From Deltaproteobacteria bacterium (GTDB taxonomy: Bacteria > Myxococcota > Kuafuiibacteriia > Kuafuiibacteriales > Kuafuiibacteriaceae), in the NCBI GenBank assembly GCA_016713425.1, contig JADJPE010000005.1, forward strand, positions 512,294 to 576,293: 64,000 bases of DNA. Reading direction: 5' to 3'. The position numbers and the translations under genes were made by a program. Position 1 is the first letter of the stretch. The number at the start of each line of letters is the position of its first letter. The notes beneath the pieces were generated by a model. The model saw only the letters and a program-made list of their open reading frames with translations. It had not been told where the DNA came from and did no database searches. Of this stretch, positions 19,211 to 27,597 are shown piece by piece.

Positions 19211-20116
19211 CTAGCCGGAAGGGCGTGCACGGCGTCGCATCAGGCCCTCTTGAGTGGTGCTGGCCACCAGCGTTCCGTCCCGCGAAAAGACGGAGCCGCG
19301 CACGAAGCCGCGCGTCCCGTACGCCGACGCGCTGTGCATGACGTGAAGCAACCAATCGTCCATGCGAAACGGGCGATGAAACCACATGCAGTGATCAAGG
19401 CTCGCGACCTGGAGGTCAGGGTCGGTCCACATGACGCCATACGGTCGAAGGGCGGTAGCCACGAAGCTGAAGTCCGAGCAATAAGCCAAGATCGCACGAT
19501 GGAGCGCAGGATCCTCGGGCAGCACCCCGGTCGTCCTCATCCAGATCGCATGGTCGACGCCCTTGGTTTCTGGCCGAAGCACATCAACCGGATCGACCGG
19601 GCGAAGCTCCACCGGCCGCTCCGACACGGCCAACACGTGCATGGGCTCTGGGAGCTCGGCGATGTTTTTGAGCCAAAGCCGACGTTCGTCGATGAGCCCA
19701 TCAGGGCCGGCGATCGATGGCATCGGATCCTGGTGTTCGAAGGGTGCCGGCTCGTCGGCCTGAAATGAACATGCGCACTGAAAGATGACTTCGCCCGCCT
19801 GACGCGCAATGACGCGGCGGGTGCTGAAGCTGCGTCCGTCCCGCACGCGTTCGACGACGTACTCGATCGACGGCTTCATGCGCCCGAGACGCAGAAAGTA
19901 GGCTTGCAGCGAGTGCGGAAGACGTGAGCGTTCCCGCCGCTCGCTCGACGAAGCAACCGGGAGCGTCTCGGCGGCCGCGAACAGAGCCTGACCCAGCACT
20001 TGCCCGCCGAACACCTGACCCCATCCAAAATCGATGCTCTCGCCCAAGAAAACGTCGTTGCCCTGGGGCTCGAGCGAGAGAACTCGCACAAAGTCGCGGA
20101 GGACATCTTGGCTCAT
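19211..20116 (-). CDS. tesB: Acyl-CoA thioesterase II
   Basis: 301 aa with the double-hotdog TesB pattern (LEPQGNDVFLGES...GQVFGGQVLGQAL; ASLDHCMWFHRPF). ATGA overlap with the upstream gene. Confidence 0.8.
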   Translation of the reverse strand: MSQDVLRDFVRVLSLEPQGNDVFLGESIDFGWGQVFGGQVLGQALFAAAETLPVASSSERRERSRLPHSLQAYFLRLGRMKPSIEYVVERVRDGRSFSTRRVIARQAGEVIFQCACSFQADEPAPFEHQDPMPSIAGPDGLIDERRLWLKNIAELPEPMHVLAVSERPVELRPVDPVDVLRPETKGVDHAIWMRTTGVLPEDPALHRAILAYCSDFSFVATALRPYGVMWTDPDLQVASLDHCMWFHRPFRMDDWLLHVMHSASAYGTRGFVRGSVFSRDGTLVASTTQEGLMRRRARPSG

Positions 20117-20820
20117 AGGCCGCTCGGCTCCGGGCGGCTCAGTGGCAAATGTTTAACCGCGACGCGGTATTCAACCGTCAGCGAGACCCTCACCTGCTTC
20201 TTATGGCCAAGCTCCATGCCAAGTTCGAGCTTGCGACTTCGTCGAAGCGAGAGGCTCCCCTCCATCAAAGGCGCCGCCTGAGGATAGCTGTCCGCCCCTG
20301 GCAGCGCGCTTGCCTCGATCAGGCGATGCACGCCGAGTATATGCGTGCCCAGCGCCGCCGCGGCGGCTTCCGCTTTGGCGTTGGCCATCGCGATGCCACG
20401 CGCAAGCCATACCGCCTGACGTTCCGCCGTATCCGGATATCGCCACTCGAGTTCAGAAAGTCGTGTATTCTTTGCCTCCGTCACAACCCCCAACGCGTCC
20501 GGCAAGCCCTCGAGATCTCGGCAGCGAATGCGAAGCCGATACGTGGCCGACGAGGATCGTCCCAGAATCCCACTCGTGACTTCCGCTTGGATGCTGTCCA
20601 GCGAGATGTCTTCGCCACGAATCGGGATCGGACACTCACCAAGCGCCTCAACGAGCTTGGTCACTTCCCGGGCTTTCTGAAATACGGCGCGCCCGGTCAG
20701 CAAGGACGACCCCTGGACATCGACCAAGACATCGGCCTCATTGGCCGCGAGCTCCTCTTCGTAGAGCGCAGAGACGACCAACAAGCCGAACGGCGGAGAT
20801 GGCGTAGCTGAGGAATCCAC
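20113..20820 (-). CDS. SIMPL/DUF541-like protein
   Basis: 235 aa. Its length and layout resemble the 26-kDa periplasmic immunogenic protein / SIMPL family. The assignment rests on overall resemblance only. Confidence 0.45.
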   Translation of the reverse strand: MDSSATPSPPFGLLVVSALYEEELAANEADVLVDVQGSSLLTGRAVFQKAREVTKLVEALGECPIPIRGEDISLDSIQAEVTSGILGRSSSATYRLRIRCRDLEGLPDALGVVTEAKNTRLSELEWRYPDTAERQAVWLARGIAMANAKAEAAAAALGTHILGVHRLIEASALPGADSYPQAAPLMEGSLSLRRSRKLELGMELGHKKQVRVSLTVEYRVAVKHLPLSRPEPSGL

Positions 20821-20869
20821 GCCTCGATTGGACTCCGAGCGTCATCGATTGGCAACCGCCGCCGACCGC

Positions 20870-22054
20870 CTATTTGGGCTCCGATGGCCGCGTCGTTGGC
20901 TCGGTTGGCGAATCCGTCGGACGACCAAACAAACGAATGGCGTTCTCTGCATAGACCTTCGAAAGCACCTCGCTCGGAAGATCGATGCCGTAGATTGGCC
21001 AGTTTCCCTGGATCGGCGTTGGGCTAGGAAGCGTGTCCGAGGTCTCGAGCCACGCATAGTGCGTTCGGAAGAACGCCCCAACCTCTTCGCGTCGGTTGGG
21101 CGTCTTTCCGTACGACCCGAGCATCAAGAACCCGTATCGAGAGACGCCAAGGTCAGTGCCAAAGAGGATTCGATCCTGATAGTTCACAAAGAGCGCACGC
21201 AAACGCTTCGCATCGTGCCGCCCGAGCTCAGGCACGCGCGCTGCGATGTCGACGAAGAGGTTCGGATGTCGCCGCAGAAGCTCGCCGACTCTGAATGGAT
21301 CCTCCGCGTGGTTTCCGAAATGGACGCCAACGAACGTCGTCCTGGGATGGCCCGAAACAAGGTTTTCGAACTGCCGGGTCAACGCCTCGAACGACGGCAC
21401 CGGCGCAAAGTGGTATGACCATCCGGGATGCGCTTCGAGCTCATCGTGGCGCTCGTTGTGTGCATCATCGGGGCGCCAGAACGCCACCGGGTCCGCGGTG
21501 TGGATCACGACCGGCAGCCCGAGCTCGCCTGCGGCTTCCCAAATGGGCGACAACCAAGGATCGTCGACGGCCAACAGGTGGCCGTCCGGGCCCATCACGG
21601 ACAAACCAAGCGCCTTCTCGACTTTGAGCGCCCGCGCACCCCGAGTCTTGGCGACCCTGAGCAATTTGACTGCAAGTTCCGGAAATGTTTCACGAATCCT
21701 CGCCTGTCCCCACGGAAGATTGCAGGCCACGATGAAACGCCCCGTCTGTTCAGCCACCGCGATCTGACGCTCGAGGCCACCGCCTGGCCACCCGCCTGAC
21801 AAGTTGAGCCCAAACGCAATACCCACTTCGTCAAAGATGTCGATCGCACGCGTGGCCTCGGACGGCCCAACATGGACATGCGCGTCGACAACGTACCGCC
21901 TCCGCACCCGAGACGCCGAGGAGACGCCAGCCTCAGCCTCAGCCTCAGCCTCAGCCTGGGCCTCATCACTCGCCGAAGTCGCGGTTCGCCCGGTCCCCGG
22001 TGGACACCCCGCCAGCCCCAGAAGCGGCAGCAACAATATGAACCGGCGGGACAA
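20870..22054 (-). CDS. Amidohydrolase-family lipoprotein (TIM-barrel metal hydrolase)
   Basis: Lipobox (LLPLLGLAGC), HxH metal motif (VVDAHVHVGP) and Amidohydro_2-like body. An (AE)n insert is encoded by a hexanucleotide repeat. Confidence 0.65.
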   Translation of the reverse strand: MSRRFILLLPLLGLAGCPPGTGRTATSASDEAQAEAEAEAEAGVSSASRVRRRYVVDAHVHVGPSEATRAIDIFDEVGIAFGLNLSGGWPGGGLERQIAVAEQTGRFIVACNLPWGQARIRETFPELAVKLLRVAKTRGARALKVEKALGLSVMGPDGHLLAVDDPWLSPIWEAAGELGLPVVIHTADPVAFWRPDDAHNERHDELEAHPGWSYHFAPVPSFEALTRQFENLVSGHPRTTFVGVHFGNHAEDPFRVGELLRRHPNLFVDIAARVPELGRHDAKRLRALFVNYQDRILFGTDLGVSRYGFLMLGSYGKTPNRREEVGAFFRTHYAWLETSDTLPSPTPIQGNWPIYGIDLPSEVLSKVYAENAIRLFGRPTDSPTEPTTRPSEPK

Positions 22055-22126
22055 CTTGGGAGCCCCTATACGACACTCCGTGATTTCTTGCGATGCCCCG
22101 ACCGCGCGATTGATTGCGCTGGGGTC

Positions 22127-23374
22127 TCAGGCGCCTGACGCTGGCTTCGCCCACAGGTTACGCCCGTAGCGCTCCTGTTCGTCCATACGACACGACCAGA
22201 CCAGTTCATCATTCCAAACGGTGATGTCGGGACATGCATCGCACATGTTCATCCGCCCGTCGGCCAGCATGTCGATCGGCTGGATGATCAGCACCGACTG
22301 GAAGTAGAGCGGCTTCATCAGCGCGCTGAGTGGTGCGGTGAGGCTCCGTTTCAAGAACGACTTCGCGATGGTGCGTAGCCCAGAATCGAACGGCGCCAAG
22401 AGCAGGGCTGGCTTCGCCGCCCGATTCGCACGCGCCGGCGCATACGCCAGATACTTGTCGGTTACCAGATGGTGCGCGGTCTGCACCAGCTCCTGAAACT
22501 TGGGCCCAACATAGCCGAGCGTTTGACCGGGGCGACCCACGCGCCCGGTCAAGAGCCACTTGAAGCTCGACGCATCTTCGGTGCCATTGAGATAGGCCGA
22601 AGGCGCAAAATCAGGGAAGCGCTCGCGGATCTTCGCAACCACCTCGCGCGCCGACAGGTGTTGGCGTTTGTTCTTTTCAATATCGAGGTTGTACACCGTG
22701 CTCGACTTCGGCTGGCCCTCGTCGCCAAGAAGCTGCACCGGTTCCGCCCCATTGAAGTACTCGTATGCCGAGGTTCGCACGTCACGGTACAAAATGAAGA
22801 CCATCGTATGGACCGTATCCATGTGGTCTTCCGCCCACTGAACGAGCGCCGGGACATCCCCGAGCGTGTCCGGATAGACCGTTGCGTTGAACGAACATCC
22901 GACGTCGATCGACTTCGCCATGGAGGCAAGCTCCTCGCGCAAGGCACAAAGCTCTAGCTCGGACTTGCCCTTCCACTTGCCGGGGCGCCCCTGCTTGCTA
23001 TCAACATGGAACGTGAAGCCGGCGAGCCCAGCATCCTTCATCTCGTGGAGAAGCGCCTTCGTGAGCGCGTGTCCGTTCGTATTCACGACCGGCTTGACTC
23101 CACGCTTCTTCGCCTCGCGAATCGTCGGAAGGAGATGGGGATAAAGAAGCGGGTCTCCGCCAGCGATCGACAGCGCATCACTTTTTCGGTAGCGACCGAA
23201 GACATCGAGGTCATGCAACGTATCTTCGAACGGTTTGTGCTGAACTCGATTCTCTCGATAGCACCCGTCGCAGGACAGGTTGCACTGTGCCGTCGGCTCT
23301 AGCCAGGAGATCCCGTTGTCGCAGAGATTCCAGGGCAGGCGATAGAGTTCCAGATGGTTCAATGAAGTTTCCAT
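22127..23374 (-). CDS. Radical SAM enzyme with a Cys-rich C-terminal extension
   Basis: CxxxCxxC motif (AQCNLSCDGCY), GGDPLLYP, and C-terminal NMCDACPD...WSCRMDE. The start is set at ATG 23374, with GAGGAG just upstream. The ORF-track extension to 23608 overlaps the upstream gene. Confidence 0.8.
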   Translation of the reverse strand: METSLNHLELYRLPWNLCDNGISWLEPTAQCNLSCDGCYRENRVQHKPFEDTLHDLDVFGRYRKSDALSIAGGDPLLYPHLLPTIREAKKRGVKPVVNTNGHALTKALLHEMKDAGLAGFTFHVDSKQGRPGKWKGKSELELCALREELASMAKSIDVGCSFNATVYPDTLGDVPALVQWAEDHMDTVHTMVFILYRDVRTSAYEYFNGAEPVQLLGDEGQPKSSTVYNLDIEKNKRQHLSAREVVAKIRERFPDFAPSAYLNGTEDASSFKWLLTGRVGRPGQTLGYVGPKFQELVQTAHHLVTDKYLAYAPARANRAAKPALLLAPFDSGLRTIAKSFLKRSLTAPLSALMKPLYFQSVLIIQPIDMLADGRMNMCDACPDITVWNDELVWSCRMDEQERYGRNLWAKPASGA

Positions 23375-23409
23375 GATTCTCCTCAACGCACGCAAGCCCT
23401 CGACTTGCG

Positions 23410-24708
23410 CTAAAACTGGATCGTGCGCTCCGCATCCGACAAGGTCGATAGGCTCATGCGTTCGCGGTAGAACTCGGTCCACAGCCGCATGTATCCTTCG
23501 TGGAGCTGCTCCGGCGTCATCTTCGCCGGTCGGAAGACGACGTTCGCGTCGTTGTACTTCGACCAATCCTGAGTCAGAATTCGGTCTTCCTTCAACAAGC
23601 GATGCCACGATGGTGTTCCTGGATAGGGCGTAAAAACCGCGAACTCCGCCTTTCGGATCTTGGTTCGGTTTGCGAACTCGAGCATACGGTCGACCGTTCC
23701 AAGATCGTCCTGGTCACCGCCGAGAAGAAACGAAGTGTATGGCTCGATGCCCATGTCCCACGCTTTGGCGATCGAGTCTTCAGCCTTCTGAAGGGACACG
23801 GGATCATCTCCCGTGAACGCACGCATCGAGATGGGGTCGAAGCCGCCCACGAGGTAGAACATGTTGACGCCGGCCGCTTTGGCTCGCTCGAAGAAAGCCG
23901 GCTTGGTGCTCAAGATCATGGGCATGCTGATGCCCACGTAACTGATCAGCGCATCCCCCGGTCGTTCGGCCAAGTAGTCGAACAAGCTCCCCATCAGACG
24001 CCGGCCGCTGCTTCCCGGGAACCAAGCGGTATCCTCGGTGAGGCAGGCTCGCTTGCCCGCCTTCGAGAGCTGCTCCATCTGGCCCACCACGTGAGAGACC
24101 GAGAACAACCGAAGGTTGCGTGTCATTGAGTACGGGAGCACACAGGCCTGACAAGACAGCGCACAACCGCGCGAGATCTGCACAGGATAATCATCGGGCG
24201 GAAGCGTGGGCGATTCGTTCTCGAGATAGACACGCACGTCCGGGAGCGGCAGGTTCTCGAGATCGAGGTTCGGTTCGGCACGATACAGAGGCTTGAGTCG
24301 CTTGTGTTCGACAAAGTCGCGGAGCAGCTCAAGCCATACGCCTTCGCCCTCGCCAACCACGACGGCGTCGACGTGGGGCTCGACGACCTCGGGCATCATC
24401 GTCGGAAAGATGCCGCCCGCCACGACCGCTCGGCCCTCGGCGCGAAAATAGTCAGCCAACTCAAGCCCACGTCGCGCCGCCGGCGTGAAGAAAGACAGCG
24501 CCACAATGTCTGCGTCGGTCGGCCGATCGGCGGCGACAACGCGATCGTCCCGAAACTCCACGGTCCAATCTTTGGGCGTCATGGCGGCAATCGCCGCGAT
24601 GCCGAGCGATGGTGACCCAAGGTACTCCTTCATGGGGACGACTTCCCGAAGCCCTGGATTGCTCTCGGCGTGACGCTGAAAACGTGGATAAACGAATAGG
24701 ATCTTCAT
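23410..24708 (-). CDS. B12-binding-domain (class B) radical SAM enzyme
   Basis: N-terminal Rossmann-like cobalamin-domain pattern (KILFVYP...IVALSFFTPAARRGLELADYF...VVAGGIFPT) followed by a radical SAM core (ISRGCALSCQAC). ATGA overlap with the ACAD gene. Confidence 0.8.
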   Translation of the reverse strand: MKILFVYPRFQRHAESNPGLREVVPMKEYLGSPSLGIAAIAAMTPKDWTVEFRDDRVVAADRPTDADIVALSFFTPAARRGLELADYFRAEGRAVVAGGIFPTMMPEVVEPHVDAVVVGEGEGVWLELLRDFVEHKRLKPLYRAEPNLDLENLPLPDVRVYLENESPTLPPDDYPVQISRGCALSCQACVLPYSMTRNLRLFSVSHVVGQMEQLSKAGKRACLTEDTAWFPGSSGRRLMGSLFDYLAERPGDALISYVGISMPMILSTKPAFFERAKAAGVNMFYLVGGFDPISMRAFTGDDPVSLQKAEDSIAKAWDMGIEPYTSFLLGGDQDDLGTVDRMLEFANRTKIRKAEFAVFTPYPGTPSWHRLLKEDRILTQDWSKYNDANVVFRPAKMTPEQLHEGYMRLWTEFYRERMSLSTLSDAERTIQF

Positions 24709-26294
24709 CCGACAACCTCGGCGTAGACCGATCCTGCGATCGTTCGAACGCCTTCAAGGGGAGGACACGGTTCGAGGTGCATCTTCGCCTCAACCTGTGC
24801 GCCATCCAGAAAAAACTGAGCCAACGAATGCGCAGAATCAGACCCCTCAGCGATCGCTCGGGCGACGGCCGCATCGCACGCGTCGCGCAGGACGACCAAG
24901 CGCCCAAGCGCGTGGATGTCGAGGTGTCGGCGCAGAAGGCGTAGGCCATGCGCGGCCTTCAAAGCTTCGAGTTTCTCGCGGACCCGGCGGTGAAACGCGT
25001 TCGCCTGCTGAGCCAAAGCGCCGCGCGGCGAGGCGTCCTCGACGAAGTCCGGACGCGTATCGGGCTGAGCGATCTCGATCGTCCCGGCGTGAACCAGCAA
25101 GACATCGTTTGCGCCCTCGAAAATGCGTGTAATTCGGGCGTCGCGGAGGAGCATGGGCATCGGCGTCTCCTCGATGAAGCCCGAGCCCCCATGAAGCTGA
25201 AGCGCCATATCGACGACGGTCCAGTCGCTCTCGCTGGCGAAAACCTTGGCGGAGATCGAGCGTCGAAGAAGTCGATCCGGGTCGTCGGCGACCAGTCCAA
25301 CCGCCGAAACCAACGCTTCCATGGAAAAGCAGAGTGCCGCCATCTTCGCGACTTGGGCCTTGACCACGTCGAGCTCCGCGAGACGCTTTCCAAACTGGAC
25401 ACGCGCGGTGACGTATTCGACCGCGCTCATGAGCGCGGTCCGCGCCGCCCCCGTGCAGCCAGCGGCCATCGCGGTGCGCCCCCAAGCCAACACATGCTCG
25501 AGGTGACTCATACCCTTGCCCGGCTCACCGATCACGCGCGACATCGGCACGCGCACGTCGTCGAAGTAAAGCGGAACCGTCGAGGATCCGCGAAGGCCGA
25601 GCTTCGACTCCTCGGGGCCCACGTCGACGCCCTTGTCTTCGCGTTCGAGAAGCAGAAGGCTGTGTCCGCGCCGCGCACCGCCAAGCGACGGCGTCGACGC
25701 CGTGATCGTCACGACGCTCGCGAGTCCGCCGTTCGTCACGTAGATCTTGTCGCCACGCACGATGAGCGCATTTGCCTCGGCCAGCTCGTTCGTCGCGGTC
25801 GCGGTCGCCGTCTCCGTGGCCATCTCCGTCGCCGTGGCCGTCGCCGTCGCGGTCGTCCGAATGGCCGAGAGATCGCTTCCCGCGGCCGGTTCGGTCGTCG
25901 CAAACGCAGCGATCTTCGAGCCCGCAGCGAGGTCGGGCAGGTATCGCTCTCGAAGTGCCGCGGAACCAAACGCAACGAGCGGCCTGGTCCCTAGCCCGAG
26001 ATGAAGCCCCACCGTGGTCGCAAGCGAGCGATCCCAGCGCGCCAACGCAGCGATGGCGGTGCAGACGCCGGACAAGCTAAACCCGGCGCCCCCATGCTCT
26101 TCGGGAATCGACAGACCGAACAGACCGAGCACCGCCGCTTCGCGCAGCAGCTCGCGCGGAATCCGGTGCTCGCGGTCAATCGCTTTCGCATCGATGCGCT
26201 CACGTCCGAAGCGATCGATGTTTTGGGTCAAAGACCTGAGGACGTCGGGCTCGTCCGTGTTGGTTCCTGCGAATATCGTTGCTTGTGTGATCAC
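24705..26294 (-). CDS. Acyl-CoA (or acyl-ACP) dehydrogenase
   Basis: ACAD hallmarks (FATTEPAAGSD, IYVTNGG, GGSGFIEETPMPMLLRDARITRIFEGANDV). It contains a TATATATATEMATETATATAT insert. Confidence 0.85.
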   Translation of the reverse strand: MITQATIFAGTNTDEPDVLRSLTQNIDRFGRERIDAKAIDREHRIPRELLREAAVLGLFGLSIPEEHGGAGFSLSGVCTAIAALARWDRSLATTVGLHLGLGTRPLVAFGSAALRERYLPDLAAGSKIAAFATTEPAAGSDLSAIRTTATATATATEMATETATATATNELAEANALIVRGDKIYVTNGGLASVVTITASTPSLGGARRGHSLLLLEREDKGVDVGPEESKLGLRGSSTVPLYFDDVRVPMSRVIGEPGKGMSHLEHVLAWGRTAMAAGCTGAARTALMSAVEYVTARVQFGKRLAELDVVKAQVAKMAALCFSMEALVSAVGLVADDPDRLLRRSISAKVFASESDWTVVDMALQLHGGSGFIEETPMPMLLRDARITRIFEGANDVLLVHAGTIEIAQPDTRPDFVEDASPRGALAQQANAFHRRVREKLEALKAAHGLRLLRRHLDIHALGRLVVLRDACDAAVARAIAEGSDSAHSLAQFFLDGAQVEAKMHLEPCPPLEGVRTIAGSVYAEVVG

Positions 26295-26333
26295 GCAAAC
26301 GCCCCTTGTCGACGAGCGAAGTATGCCGTTCGC

Positions 26334-26591
26334 TCAGGCTGCGAGGAGCCGTTTCTTCGCCATTTCCATCACCCCGTCAACGGTGGTGATCGCCATCGCC
26401 TCTTCCATCTCGACTTCCAAGTCGAACTCTTCCGCGAGGGCGGAAAGGAGCTCCATCGAGGCCACCGAATCCATGCCCAAATCTTCGCGCAGACGATCGG
26501 TGGGTTTGATGTCGGCGAGGCGCACGAGAGACAGCTCGGCGATGACGCGAAGGATCTTTTCGTCAAGGTTGTGTGATTGATTCGCTTCCAT
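26334..26591 (-). CDS. Acyl carrier protein
   Basis: 85 aa with the phosphopantetheine attachment motif DLGMDSVASMEL. Confidence 0.85.
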   Translation of the reverse strand: MEANQSHNLDEKILRVIAELSLVRLADIKPTDRLREDLGMDSVASMELLSALAEEFDLEVEMEEAMAITTVDGVMEMAKKRLLAA

Positions 26592-27597
26592 GTTCGGTAC
26601 TCCAATAACCGGGCTGTTCGGGGATCAACCGCATTCGTCGCGCCCAGTCGTCGAATGCATCCAGGGTCTCGGTCCACGATCGAAAGCGCGCGCCCAAGGC
26701 CTGCGTCGCCAAACTCGCATCCACAGGCGCGCCGTGCACGATGAGGTCGACGATTTCGCGGGAAACCGCCGGACGACCACCGCACTCTGCCGCACGCGAC
26801 TCCTCCGAAAAAGCCAGCGCCTTGGCTTCGTCGGCGCGAAGCGGTGCCGAAGGTGGCGCGACACCGTATCGCTTGGCGAGTGATTCGAGCATCGGATGAA
26901 CCTGTCGATTGTGTGCCGCCATCAAGACGCGCTTCGGGACAGAGGTCGTCGAGAGCGCCATTTTGGCAACGAGCTGCCCGACGTCGCGCGCGTCGACGAT
27001 GTTCACGATGCCGTCTGGATGCGGTGGATTCACGCCTCGCGCGATCCCAACGACGAGCGCGGACGTGCCCACTCGAAGATCCCAGGGGCCGATGCACGCC
27101 CCGGGGCACGCGATCACGACCTCGAGGCGCTGCTCCGCCAACGCGATGGATTCCATTGTCCATTTGAGGTCGTGATACAGCCCGAATCCAGGCACGCTCG
27201 CGAAGCCATCGGCCTCGGTCGAGGCCGAACCGTCGGCGCGCGGCGCGATCGTCGCGGTGCTCGAAACATAGACCACCCGTTCCACCCCGCTCGCGGCAGC
27301 GGCGTCGAGGACGTTCTCGAGCTGCGTCCGGCCGATGCGGATCGCGCCCTCGTAATCGAGCGAGAGTCGCGGATAATACCCGGCGGCATGAACGACGGTC
27401 TTGGTATCGCGCATCGCTTCGCGAAGTGTTTCTGGCTGCTCGAGGTCGGCAACGACCATGGGCAGCTTCCGAGAGCGCAAAGGAATGACGTTGCTGCGCA
27501 CGCGACGTCCACAGCGGGGCGTCGACCCGGCCGCAACGAGGGCGTCGACGATGTTGAGCCCCAGGAAGCCGCCGGCACCTAGCACGAGCGTGCTCAT
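26563..27597 (-). CDS. NAD-dependent epimerase/dehydratase-family SDR (3-beta-HSD-like or reductase)
   Basis: LVLGAGGFLGLNIV glycine motif and YHDLK catalytic Y-x3-K. The start ATG 27597 overlaps the FAAL stop (ATGA). Confidence 0.75.
   Translation of the reverse strand: MSTLVLGAGGFLGLNIVDALVAAGSTPRCGRRVRSNVIPLRSRKLPMVVADLEQPETLREAMRDTKTVVHAAGYYPRLSLDYEGAIRIGRTQLENVLDAAAASGVERVVYVSSTATIAPRADGSASTEADGFASVPGFGLYHDLKWTMESIALAEQRLEVVIACPGACIGPWDLRVGTSALVVGIARGVNPPHPDGIVNIVDARDVGQLVAKMALSTTSVPKRVLMAAHNRQVHPMLESLAKRYGVAPPSAPLRADEAKALAFSEESRAAECGGRPAVSREIVDLIVHGAPVDASLATQALGARFRSWTETLDAFDDWARRMRLIPEQPGYWSTEHGSESITQP

Noticed and set aside
23375-23608. N-terminal extension of the radical SAM ORF
   Set aside because: It overlaps the 3' end of the B12-rSAM gene. 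An ATG with an upstream GAGGAG at 23374 gives a normal N-terminus just before the CxxxCxxC motif.
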